Of a stretch of DNA of 64,000 bases, positions 30,264-42,904 are shown piece after piece. Origin of the DNA: Paecilomyces variotii (lineage: Eukaryota); assembly GCA_004022145.1 (NCBI GenBank), contig RCNU01000012.1; one strand, written 5' to 3'. The position numbers and the translations under genes are program-made. The notes below the pieces were generated by a model that was not told the origin of the DNA, did not search any database, and worked only from the letters and a program-made list of their open reading frames with translations. The stretch's first letter is position 1. Each line of letters opens with the position of its first letter.

Positions 30264-31177
30264 ATGTCGATCATACGCATCGCAACCCTCATCACCTTGG
30301 CATTCTCGCCACTCTCCCTAGCCAGCCCGACTCTTGATGACCAGAACCAAACGCTCACCAAGCGCAGCCCTGTACCGTTTGGTGTGTATATCGAAAGATG
30401 CAGCATCCCCGGCACCATTGCCCTGACGTTCGATGATGGCCCGCATGTCTTCACGCCCAAGGTGCTGGATACTTTGAGGTCCAGGGGCGCGAGGGCTACA
30501 TTCTTTGTGAATGGGCAGAGTACAGGGAATATTCATGCCAATGCGGGTGTAGTGCAGCGTGCGATTGCGGAGGGGCATCAGATCGGGTCTCATACGTATG
30601 GGAACTGACGTTCTCTTCTTTTGGTTTTTTTTTTTTTCTTTGAAGAACGGAAGTGCTGACTGATGTTGACGACAGCTGGAGTCATCCATCTCTTGCAGGA
30701 CTCGACTATAATGCTATTATAGATCAGATGTTGGCCCTTGAGGGTGCGTTTATGCAGATCATCGGCCGAATCCCGACGTATATGAGACCGCCGTTCCTGG
30801 CTGTGGATGGGGCAGTGTTGGCGGCCATGGGGCAGTTGGGGTATCATGTCATTGGTGCCAGTATCGATACGAAAGACTACGAGAATGACAACCCTGCTGC
30901 TATCCAGAACAGTCTGGTGAGGTTCAGAGATCAGTTGAATGCTGGGGGCACGATTTCGTTGGCGCATGATGTACGCCAGTGGACCGTTGAGGTTCTCGTG
31001 CAGGCGATGATTGATGAGGTGTCTGCCAGGGGATTAAGGAGTATGTGTTTCCTTTTGTTGTCACGTATTGTTCTGTCCCATATGTTGTTTCTATTACTGA
31101 CATTGTCGACGACAGTGGTTCCTGTGGGTGAATGTCTAGGTGACCCAGCGGATCTTTGGTACCGGGGCCCGCGTTGA
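30264..31177 (+). CDS. Secreted polysaccharide/chitin deacetylase (CE4, NodB domain)
   Basis: Signal peptide, then TFDDGP, H-T-W-S-H (across intron 30596-30675), MRPPF, DTKDY and LAHD CE4 motifs. Second intron 31041-31115. Confidence 0.93.
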
Positions 31178-31869
31178 GCGGGAATCCTGCATTCGATGTA
31201 GTGATTTCGAGAGTGTCCATCCTTGGAGGTACATGGTGCGTTGGGGAGCCTTGTTGGTTTTTGCGAATGTTCTTTTCGTTGTCTGTACTTAGTGTTGTCG
31301 TTGTTTTTTCGGAAGGGCACTTCATCGTGGGGTCTCGATATCATTTATAGCGTTAGTGATTTCGTCTCGTTTAGAGATAGAGGAGGTTCGTCTCTGGATT
31401 GCCTGGAGGGTTAGCAGAAGTAATGTTCATTGTCCCCGGTTCAACGTTTCCTCCATTGGCCGTAGTCTCGGCTCTGCAGAAATGCGGCCTGACGTAGGAC
31501 GTAAACTGAGACGGATAGTCACTTGTCCTGTGTTATTATGATGATTATTGTATGTGTCAATTGTTACATGTTGCGAGCCGGGAAGACCGGGAGTCTGTGC
31601 TTGATGCGCGATTTATTTTGTTTCAGGAGTCCGGAGGCTAGAGTGGGAGAGACGAAGCATGAGGCGAGGCGGGTTTGCTTCGAGATGTGTACAGTCTGGA
31701 ACTTGGGCTGGGAGAACACAGCTACATGATGGCCAACCACTGCGTACTACTGAATGAGGAAGAAATGGGAATCGAAGAGAAGTAAATGTGTTAAATGCAA
31801 TATTCAGTGTTCAGTAGTGTTCTACCTATTCTAGAGTAGTTACAGTATATAACTACCCAAGCTGATGAG

Positions 31870-34470
31870 GACACGTTAGACATGTTAGACATGTTATGGA
31901 TAGGAGAGAGCTTGAAGCCATCCAGCAGTGATAATTCCCGCAAACGTCATCCAGGCTCCTGACTCCTGAGATGAAGCTGAGGCAAGCAGCAACTAATAAT
32001 AATAATCATAATCATAATCATAAATTTACTCAGGGGTATCTAGAGAGAGGGAGAGAGAGGCACTCCGCCTCCCTTCCCAATGCCAATGCCTATAGAGTAG
32101 TAACTATCTAACCAACTTAGACATCACGTAGTGACTACTAACTAACTAGTTCAGTCAGTTATAGTTATAGTTATTATTATTATTATTCTAGAATCTAGTC
32201 AGTTAGTTAGTAAGACTCAACTGCTCTAAAATAACTATGTCCTCTCTTGGACCTCCTCTGGATCACGCACTGATGGGATTAATAATAATAATAATAATAA
32301 TGTCTAACTACTGAGTCCTGACTGACCATCTTGGGTTCTTCTAGAAGCTGATCTGATCTGATCTGATATTTAGATTGGATTAGACTACGTAGTAACTATG
32401 TAGTTATTTGGAATAATAATAAAGATCGACTTTCTGGTTATTGTTCGTCGCGGGGCGGTGAAATAATAATAATAATAGGGAGGAATCATAATAATACATA
32501 ATACATAATACTAACTAGTAGTAGTTGGTTAGTAACTTAGTAGTAAATTGGCTAGCCTGCTGGATGGATGGGTCATCTGTTCTCTCCTCTCCTCTCCCCT
32601 CCTCTCCTCTCCCCTTGAGGCTTGACCGAGGCGAAGACTACGGAGAAGTGCATCAGAAATGACTGCCAACGCTAGTAATGATAGGATTAATACCATTGTA
32701 TTATTAATTATATATTTTCAATTCTAGAGATCTTTAGGAAATTATCTTGTCTATCTAAACTACTTTAGGGATAAAGGACTAGATTTGTAAAAGCTTTTGT
32801 ATACCAAAATAGCCCCCTTAATTTGCCCGCATTCTTCCCATATTGCTTTTTCTTTTTCGGCTTAATGATATATTATATTAAGTACAGAGATATTCTGGAG
32901 CGATAAGTTATATATTTATTTAATAACAGAAGCAAGATCCTTATTGAAAGAGGGCGAGGCCCAATAATCTGGTGTTTCCTCGGGGATAGGGGTGTAATTT
33001 GCATACTAGCATGATTACTAGCGTTGGCAGTCATTTTTGATGCACTTCTCCGTACGTATCTGGCATTCTGGCTGGTGGGGTTCTTCCCTAGAACGATTGA
33101 GTTAGTTAGAGAGTAGTAGTACTTACTAAGTACCGATCCCGCGACTGAGAAATAATACCGCAAGGGAGACAGATTAATCATTGTCCACGGTCCACTTGGG
33201 GAGAAATGCGGGGGTGTCCGGCGTGTACATAGTACATAGTACATACTAACTACATAGCATACATACTACTACCTGCTAAGTACGGACTACTACTACGCGG
33301 AGGACTCCGTAGTATGTAGTATGTACATAGTAGCGAAATACCAAATACGGTGCCCCCACCAGTCGTATGATGGGGCGTGAATTAATTAAGGGATTTCAGT
33401 TCTGTTCCCTTTTTTGTGTGTCCAGTTTGGATTAGAGGAATTTGTTCGAGTAATTTGTCCTTTTTTTGCGGGGTTGAGCTGTGGCTGTCTGGTCGAGTGA
33501 CTACTGCTGGATCCGGCGGACTGTACCTACTACCTAGATACGAGACGACGTTATGACGACAGAGCACGCGCGCGCGACCACCTTCCAAGACGGCTGGTTG
33601 CGCCGGATGTAACATTCGCTCGGGAGGATACTGTAGAATATACGTAGTAGTAATGAGAATGACAGCGAGGGGTAAATCTACCGGGGTAACAGAGGAACGG
33701 TGAGGAGAGGCGCTGCAGAAGAAGTTGTGGGGGAGAAAATCCGGGGAAATGAGACGCATTAGCGGTTCAGCCAGTCCAGCCAGTAGTGAAAACCACTGGT
33801 CGTCTTTTTTGGCTGAAGAATCCTCCCGGATGGGCTTTTTCTGAGTCACGGGGTGAAAAAAAGGCCCGCTGAAAGTTTTGTCCGAGGACGGAAAAGAAGA
33901 ATGAAGAAGAATTTTCTTGAAAGAGAAAAAAAAAAAAAAAACAGGGCGAAGCCGGTCAGTTGACTAAGCCCGGGTTTATTCTTAGTTCACTAGCTACTTT
34001 ACTATTAGTGAATTAACTTGTTAGCCGGTGGATATGGAGCAGAAGGACCAGTTGCCAGCGATGCCGCCAGCACGCGGATCTTTGTGGGGAAAGACCCAGA
34101 GGAAAAGAAATCTCTGTTGACCGGCTGGCATGCCACGTAAACCCAGCAAGAGTGGACAGAATCAGATGGGCCATCAAGTCCAAGGCAGATGGACTCGTCG
34201 AGGGCCGTTGCGCAGTGCTCATGGTAGAGAGTCTATATCCGATTGGCATGGGCAGTCATTTCGACTAGATCGGATCGCCAGGGACTGCCGCCAAGGATGG
34301 ACGCCTTCAGACCTATGGCGTAAGTCACTGGAGTACGGAGTATACGGAGTAGTAGTAGTAGAAGTCTAGAATAGCACGTATTAGTACTCGATGGCATAGT
34401 CCGGATATGGATCACCATCAGCATCACAATCACCATCAGCATCAGCATCATCATTATTACTGTTCGTTAG
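31870..34470. repeat. Mosaic low-complexity / microsatellite tract
   Basis: Contains (AAT)7 at 32281, (CTGAT)4 at 32348, (CTCCT)n near 32583, (TACATAG)n near 33226, A16 at 33926-33941, tandem TACGGAGTA at 34334-34351 and CAT/CAG runs at 34411-34458. Confidence 0.8.
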
Positions 34471-35830
34471 TTAGTCAGTGACCGGCCCGGCCGGATGAGG
34501 CAGAAGGAAAGCTGCTTGTCGTCTTCCTCGACCTTCTTGCACCATCTTGCACCATCGACGCTGTCCTCAAGGTAGAGGCCATGACTAAGTACTGTGCGAT
34601 TTTGACGTGCGATGGCGTTTCCTGACGTGTCGCCCTGTCACCCAGGGGCAGACGGGAATGCAGCACCGATGATGTGATGGGGGGCTATACAAGGTCCTTG
34701 ATCTACATGGGGCTGCTGTTAGGGTTATGGTCTGCTGGTCTCGACCGTTTGGCCCTGTCTCGGGAGGTTCCCATGCGGCCAGCATACATTGTTGAATTCT
34801 TATTGATCCGAGTTGATCAGAGTACGGATAGATACTCCAGTAACTAGTACAGTTGATGTGTAGAGGATTCCAAGTAGACTATACCGTCTGTCTCATCCAT
34901 GCGGTGAGGAGAAGAGCTGCAGCATCCAGGAGCATCCAGCATCAACCATGATTGATCATCGCCTTGCGTTGTTTTTTGTGCATCGTGCCTTCCTCGCGTG
35001 CCCCAAAGTATTCGCAGACACAGTTTCCATTACCCCTAGGAAACCGTTTGGAGCCGCTGCCTGCCTGTGATTGGCCGCGCCTGCAGTTTCTGTTACGTGG
35101 GGATCCACTGCCGCCGTGATGGATCAGCTGACTGGGATCTGTTTCTAGCGGCGTGACTTTGGGCTGCAAACAGAAGGCGGTCAGCTGCAACCAGCGAGAA
35201 ACCGCCCGCCGCCCTAAGCACCAGCAGCGCAACCAGCACTACCAGCACTACCACCACCGCAAAAATCATCCCCAGACGCCGTCGCGACCAGCAAAACCTT
35301 CGCGCCTTCCAGCGGCTTCCTGGATCTTGCCCAGGTCCACTTTCCGCCTCGGCTGACCCTGGGACGGAGAATCGCAGAATCAGATGAGTCTGGGAAACAA
35401 AGAATGCGCCCCGCCAGATGGTGCAATCGGCCCAGACACAGCGCCCAGGGGAGTCATGCCCTCTGTCTCGGTCTCTGCCTCGCCCACGGTCCGCTCGATA
35501 CATCCATATAAGAGCTTCCCCACCGCCCTGCCACGACGATGGATACTGAACCACATCGTGAACAAAACCCGCCGTGACTACTACTACTGATCCTCTCTGA
35601 CTCTTTTGTCTGCGTTTTTTTTTTCCTCTCGCTTCAATCCCTCGTTCAATCTACTCTCAGGGAATCCTACTACTTGATCTCCGCTCTTTGCTTGCACTCT
35701 TGGCTTGCAGCGGCTACGACTACAACAACCACATATAGTTCTATACCAGAACTCATTTTTTCCAGCGGTCATACGCACGCGTGATTTTCCCTTTTTTGAC
35801 CTCGAAAACACAACCACCGCACATATCACC

Positions 35831-36307
35831 ATGCCCATCTCGTCACATTACCGCGTCGTTGAGCCTCACCCCTCGGTGCCACACAACAGCCGTCCGGCTC
35901 TGCACACATCACGAGGAGGCGCTGGCAATGTCATCAGCTTGAAGAACACGCGCACCACCGACTCACGCACCGCCATGGGTCCGCCCTCGTTGACTCGTCT
36001 CGACTCGCGCACCCACGGCGCCTTCACATCCGGTCGTGGCGGTGCCGGCAACGTCCACCACAGCTCGGAGCGCGCCATCTTCAGCTTCGACGAGGAGCTC
36101 GAGCGCGACTTGCGCCGCGAGAAGGAAATGGCACCCGTCTTCCACGTCGGCCGTGGCGGTGCCGGCAACATGATCTCTTCAGAAAACGACAGCTACAGCC
36201 TCACGCGCAAGCAGTCGTCCAGCACCACGTCCAGCACCGAGTCGGCCGCCGACTGGGCCAGGGAAAAGGCCCGTAAGGGCTGGGGCAAGATCAAGGGCAT
36301 GGCCTAG
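35831..36307 (+). CDS. DUF3602 / Par32-like protein with GRGGAGN repeats
   Basis: 158-aa intronless ORF with three (S/G)RGGAGN motifs, IFSFDEELER, and strong C/G-ending codon bias. TATAA at 35507-35511 upstream. Confidence 0.85.
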   Translation: MPISSHYRVVEPHPSVPHNSRPALHTSRGGAGNVISLKNTRTTDSRTAMGPPSLTRLDSRTHGAFTSGRGGAGNVHHSSERAIFSFDEELERDLRREKEMAPVFHVGRGGAGNMISSENDSYSLTRKQSSSTTSSTESAADWAREKARKGWGKIKGMA

Positions 36308-37007
36308 ACGGTCTGATATCACCCTTGCCACCATACCAACCAACCAACCAACAAACAAAACAAAAAAAAGACAAAAAAGCCTACATACAGTAACGAGACC
36401 ATGAGACCAAGTCAACCCAAAAGTTCTTGCTTTTTTTTATCTATCGACCTTCATTTCGGCATGCTCGATCGTTCTTCGATCACCCACGGCGCAAATATTG
36501 AACTACGGAACGGAAATAGGGCGAGCCCCTGGAACAAAAAGTGCTTTTCAGCTGTTTTCCAGCGCACGCGATTCTCCAATCCGTTGAATTGCTCTCTCGA
36601 TGCGTCGAGATCGATACCCCTTTCGCGATCGATGCCGTGGATTCTTCCTGGCATGGTTTCAGCATATTGAGTGAGCCGCAGGCCACTGGCGTTTTGCTCT
36701 TCGGCTGTCTATGCTCGTGCAGTGCACGGGAGACGCCATGGGAATTAGGAATAGGAAACAGCTTTTACCTTAGCTAGCTACATGATGTAATTTAGTCAGA
36801 CAGACCTCATCGAGGCAATTAATACAACAAGAAGTAATCATCCCTCTACAACAAGCTTCTGCGTAGCACAGCCAAGTAAAGCTGTCGTCCTATTGTTTTC
36901 CCAAGTACATGTATATATTCTGCCGAAATCCCCACCCACCGCCTTCTTCCCCAGGAATTGATCGCATAGCCTTGGCAACCACAGGAACCGTGACGTCGCA
37001 GGGGTAG

Positions 37008-37469
37008 AAAAAAAAAAAAAAAAGGGAAAATCACAACATAGCCGCTTCCTTCGCCACATAGAAGGCTCTAGGCATGTTAGTTAGAGTACCTGCTTACTAT
37101 GTATAGTCTACATCTATACATAGTAGTTTTAGAAAATAGACTATAGACTATGTTATAAGTGCTTTTTACTTTCTTTTTCTTTTTTGCCTTTTCTTTTTTT
37201 TTTTTTTTCTGGTCTCGTGATGTAAATGTGGCAGTGGCAGGGGCAGTGGCAATGTCGATTAGGTCGGGCGAAAAAAAAAAAATACTAGGAGAAAAAAGTA
37301 GTCTACTTCAAGCTGAATTATTAGTTAAGCCGAGTCGAGTGAGTCAAAAATTGAAAATCCAGACTACTACTAAACCGGTCCTTGACGACGCTAGATACTG
37401 TACTTACTTACTCTAGCCGTGCGCCGAAGGTAGCCGTGAAAAGAAAAAAAAAAAAAAAAAAAAAAAAAA
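37008..37469. repeat. Cluster of long poly(dA:dT) tracts
   Basis: A16 at 37008-37023, T15 at 37194-37208, A12 at 37271-37282 and A26 at 37444-37469. Confidence 0.85.
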
Positions 37470-39351
37470 GTTCAAATTTAATAATATCTGATAATCTGAT
37501 CTAAGGCTGAGTAGTAGTTAGTAGTCCCACCGGTGAGGAAAAATAGGAAGAAAGAAGGAGAATTAATGAAAAATGAGTTTCGGTGAGCGGGACCGGGAGC
37601 GAGGGTAGGTAATAATTAATTAATTATAGTATCCATAAGGCGTAGTAGTGGGGTCTTTGGCTCTGTGGAGGAGGACGCGGGATAATAATAATTATAATAA
37701 TTTGGGGGATGAAGTAAGCAAAGCAAAGTATGGTAGTTAAATAAAGAAATAGGGATAAGTAGTATAATAATTACTAAGAGATTTGAGGGTGTGTTTTTAG
37801 ATAGATAACTAATACGTAGGTTATATGCATGTGCATGTATATGCACTCTGTCGGCCTACTATGTAGTAACTTCTGATCTAGGGACTATTATTATACAATA
37901 ATCGTGCTTAACAAATAGCATCAAGAATGGAACTCTAGGTATAACCGTAAAGAAAACAGGAGGTGGATTTGAATTTGCAGTTTAACACTTCCGGATATAC
38001 ACTTGAATATCAGCATTACTATTACGATCTACTGCGCTCTAGTTATATATGCTACTGTCTTGATTACTTGATGTTACCAACAGACATGCTCGCGGATTTA
38101 ATATTTTCTTCTAAGACATATACTGAGATTTCTTGCTACTGGCACGGGGACAATAATCTTAGTCGAATCATGTTTTCGGTAACTATAGATAGACCTGGGA
38201 CATTAACTATTACCATTCGCCATCCTGACAGGACCTTCAAGGGTTACCATGTGCGCGCATTACTTCCCACATGATCCTGCTCTGGTCAAGAGAAGGATTC
38301 CACTCGTTGCTGGACGATTGGTGCTGCAAGATCTACCGCGGTCTTTGAAAGTATCCTGACGGTGAGCTTGTCGGGCATGACCTTTTTCAGCGCCAGCGAG
38401 TTGAATGTATGGGAATGTCCTCTTTGTCTTTGCATCTTAATGAAAGTTATGGAAAATAAGGAATCGGGTCATCTAATTATCAAAAGAGGCACGGGCATAG
38501 CTCCTGAAAGACTCTCTACATGACTGACCAGATCCAAAAGCAGCGCAGGTCTTGCTCAATATCGCAGTTGCAATGAGCTCCCCGTTACTCGAAGGTCTTG
38601 ATTGTTGAAAATGTCTCCCCGATAGAGGCACCGATATACTAGCCGCAGGTCTAGATATGATGGTTATGGTCTCATACAGCGTCTTGGGGCGGAATGAGAG
38701 CTATGGTGAGAACTGGTGGAAACTGCTGGGTTACAAGTGACCGGATAATGGTCGACACTTGATAGAACGGCGTGATTGAGGCGATTCTCAAACAAATTGA
38801 AATGGACTCTGTACGCCAAACATCGACTCATGTTATACAAGATAAGTGCGCCTATTAAGCGCAAATCTATATCTGGCTCCAAGTAAATGCAGTACCACGT
38901 GTAGAAAATAAGAGTATGTTTGACTCTCATCAAGTCAACCACTATGTATGTCAGAAATCCAGTATAGATAGTCAACAGCTGATCCACGTGTATATAATCG
39001 ACTGCAGCAAAGACATGATGTCACCCGTCGGCATTTCCCCCCGATCCCTATCTATACGGATTCTCACGCTTGTCGGAACGCCATCATCAGCTAAGATTAC
39101 CAATCTACCACTTCTCACTCTAGCTTACTATTCTAGAACAGACCCTAAGTTGGCGGGGTTTTCCGGTATACATAGATCACGAATATCACCCACTATTAAT
39201 TAACTTTCATCATTATTGCTTTGTCAGAAGAACAGTTGCTGAATAACCCAACATATACCTTTTCTGACAGCTGCAGCAGACAGGAGGTTTTGATCAACAC
39301 CGCCTCAGTAAACTTTGTCTTTCTGATACTCTATATATCGATCAGCACCCA

Positions 39352-40570
39352 ATGCCCTCTTCCAATCTCAACTTCCCCGCTTCCCCGCACACTGTCCAGG
39401 TCAGCATCATCGACAGCACGTCTAAAATCAATGCGCCTTCAGACCGATTGCTGCAACCGCGGATAGATGGATTCGATCGTCTCCTCGCTCCTGCGTTTTC
39501 GTTTCTCGTCGAGAACCAGCGCTCAGGTCGGAAAGTGCTGTTTGACCTGGGAGTGCGAAAAGATTGGGAGAACCTCGCCAAGCCGCTGTATGAGGGGATA
39601 AAGGACACTTTTAAGGTTGAGGTCGAGAAAGATGTTGCACAAATCCTGAGGGAGAATGGCGTGAAGTTGGAGGATGTGGAGGGGATTATCTGGAGGTGAG
39701 TAGCATCTGTATTGACCCTTTTGTTTACTCTGTAAATCTGCCCTAGATATCGGAATACAGTATCTCGTCTGTCAGACGTGAGTTCTTCTCTCGGATTAAT
39801 TATTGACTCTTCCCAGTCACTGGCACTTCGACCACATCGGCGACCCATCCACCTTCCCAGGGTCGACATCCCTAATCGTCGGCCCAGGTATGCCGGCCGC
39901 GAAACTGCCTGGCTACCCCAAAGACCCCAACGGTGCAGTCCGCGAGAGCGATTTCGAGGGCCGTCAGCTCATCGAAATCACCCAGGACAAGTTCGACCTG
40001 AGGATCGGCGGCTTCGGTGCGTACGACTACTTCGGCGACGGATCATTCTACCTCCTCGACGTACCAGGCCATGCCGTAGGCCACATGTGCGGTCTTGCGC
40101 GGACTACCTCGTCCTCAGGCAAAGACACCTTCATCCTCATGGGCGCTGATACATGCCACCATGGCGGCCAGTTCAGACCTTCTGCCCATGTTCCATTACC
40201 GGATAGCATCATCCCTAATCCCTACTCCTCGCAATCGACGCCCTGCCCAGGCCACATCTTTGAGTACCTCCATCCACATCCTGAGCGATATCGCACAGAG
40301 CCCTTCTACCGCATTCGCGTGAATGAAGACGGGTCCAGCGTCGCGGACAATGTGGCCGCTGCGACGCAGAGTATCGCTCATCTGCAGGAGTTCGATGCTG
40401 CAGATGACGTGTTTATTGTACTCGCACACGACGCAAGTCTGCTGGGCGTGATAGATGTATATCCGAATACCGCGAATGAGTGGAAGGAGAAAGGATGGAA
40501 GGATAGGGGCAGGTGGAGGTTCCTGAGAAGTTGGGATATTGCGAGTGATGTTGGTGTGAATCGTAGTTGA
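39352..40570 (+). CDS. Metallo-beta-lactamase-fold hydrolase (AHL-lactonase / gamma-lactamase-like)
   Basis: LFDLGVRKD, S-HWHFDHIG (HxHxDH, across intron 39696-39816), DYFGDGSFYLLDVPGHAVGH, GADTCH and VLAHD: a complete set of Zn ligands. Confidence 0.92.
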
Positions 40571-41613
40571 TGTCTTTGTCATGACGGTCACGGGGGAAAT
40601 GTAGGAGACCTTTTGATTCCTATTTCATGGAGATATCTCCTTCACACGCGTGAGATAATTTTGCTTCTCAAGTAACTCTTTCTTTTTGTGTGGTCCCGTT
40701 CATGTTATAATAACGCGTATTTGCTTTGTTTCCTATTTAGGTAATATCAATATTCACTCGGGTGTATCTATCAGCTGTTATTTCAAAACTGATAGTTTTA
40801 GTGGCGTTGAAGACCACGAGAGATTCAACATTGTATGTCAGCGAAGAAAATTAGTATTAGAACCAGTTCCCGAGACATCACCTGTGTGAGACCAAGAAGC
40901 CTACTTAGCCATAACTTGGAGAACACTATTCTTGATACAAGTCTCCCCTACCAACATCAAGGGTCCATCTCGACTATTAGACTTAAGGCACTTCTCCCCC
41001 TGTAAGGAAGGCTAAGCCTACTCATTATTGACATATTTGCCTGATCTCTGCTCCCCTGACCGCAGACATATTCATCAATTATGCGTCACATGAAGATTCG
41101 GCCAACAACCAGTGAGCAATAAGGAATAAAACTGTCACACGAGCGGATAGATAAGCATATATTAGTGCCCGAGAGATGAAAATACCTTCCGTAATTAGAA
41201 AAACCTACAAGTTTATTTTGCCGCTGTTGGAGTTAATTAGTTAGTTAATACGGGGAAGCGCGTCTGGGGAGGATCTAGTTATCATGGGGACTACAGCACA
41301 TGATGTTAGCAGTATAGGATACTCTCGAATATGAAACTGAGCTATATATAGACTATTCATTAGCCACATGGGCGTAGGGTACATGGTCCTTCAATTAAGA
41401 CAAATATGGTTCAAGACCGCCGGACTCCATTCTTCCAATCGAGGCCAGGATTAAACTAGATAACAAGGGAGCCATTATGCAACCTTTCAATAGGGTATCT
41501 TCTTTTTTTTTGCCAGAAATAAAACAAAATGTGCCTGCCCTAAAAAACCGAAGAGAGAGTGTATGTACGAAAGAGAGCATTATAACGAAAAAAGGAAATA
41601 TAAGACTTCCTTT

Positions 41614-42904
41614 TCACCCATCATATGTGGCCTGGACATGAACTGTCTTCATGATACCTAATGGAACGGCATCGCCCTCTTTCAGTGCGTCGGCATGAAC
41701 GATAGCTTCCGTCTCACTATCCATGGGGTAGTAGCGGGAATTGCTGGCCTTGCTGCTGAGGGGTTGAATCTTGGAGTTCTTCCCGTAGCCGGCACCCCAG
41801 TGCGAAGCACCACCGGATCGCTGTCCAGACGAGTCGTTTCCGTTTCGGACGAATTTGACGAAACCAGGCAGTAGCGGAATGGCGCCAGAAAGAGTGACAG
41901 AGGTAACTTCAGCAATGCTATAGTTATATATATATATATCAGTATATATACCGTCATCATCTTAGCGCTATAAGATCACTTACGCCCATAGACCGACCGG
42001 CATGATTGCATAGGTGAAGTCTTCGGTTTGAGTGAGCAGAACACTGTACACTAGACGGATCACACTCGAGACGATGGACCTATTGACTGTCAGAAAGGTT
42101 AATCCAATCGATGAAGTAGGGCGATCCGTACAAGACACTAGTCCCGAAAATAATACTCAGAACAATTTTACTCTTCGTCGGTAACTGTAGCTGCATAATC
42201 ACAGCCACCGGGAGCACCAACATAGACACGTCTGACAAGACGTTCAATACGGAACTCGCAATGAGGGAAGCGGAGGAAGAAGCGCAATGACCGGGCACAG
42301 ATGGATCCCAAATCTTCTTACGCGGAATGCAGGTGAAGATGAAACTCAGCATGAGACCAAGATAGGTGGGAATGTTGAGCCACAGGATGACCTCGTGCAT
42401 CCAGTATAGTGTTCCTTTCTTGCCGACGACGAAGATGCGTTTGATTTGGAGTAGCATGGCAACTTTGGCGCCCAGGATAGTGGGGCAGTAGACGACTTCG
42501 ATGAGATTTGAGAACTACAGAAAAATCGTCAATATACGTCTCTGTACGGATCACGTTTTCTTTTGGCAATAGTCATCACTTACCTCGATGATGTGCATCA
42601 CATGAGACTCTGGCACATTCCACATGTGTACACCTTGTCCCCAGGCCGTTGATTTGATCATCATCCCCGTCCATGAGATAAGCCCCATCACCGAGAGGAT
42701 CAGAATCAACTCTTCCAGCTGCATCGCCCTCAGGATTCGAGCCTTGACAAACAAACGGAATATCACCGCAAATATCGACAAGCTTAGACAGACTGCGGCA
42801 GTGAGATACATCCACTTATTCAAATTCGGTGGATTGTCGAAGTTGGTAACATATCCCGGCGGGGGTTGCAACCCCGGGACCTTGTCCAAGTCGGTTGCAG
42901 TCAT
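41614..42904 (-). CDS. PTH11-like fungal rhodopsin-domain integral membrane protein (no CFEM domain)
   Basis: Exons 42584-42904, 42132-42514, about 41984-42079 and 41614-41917. Motifs PPPG..NF.NP, G.G.H.W.V, K...LLQ..RIF, C.P..K.W.....G.C, NVLSD..LVLP.....LQL, S.IRL and W..AE. Confidence 0.88.

Noticed and set aside
37008..37208. Hairpin between A16GGGAAAA and TTTTGCCTTTTCT15
   Set aside because: The complementarity is explained by low-complexity homopolymers.
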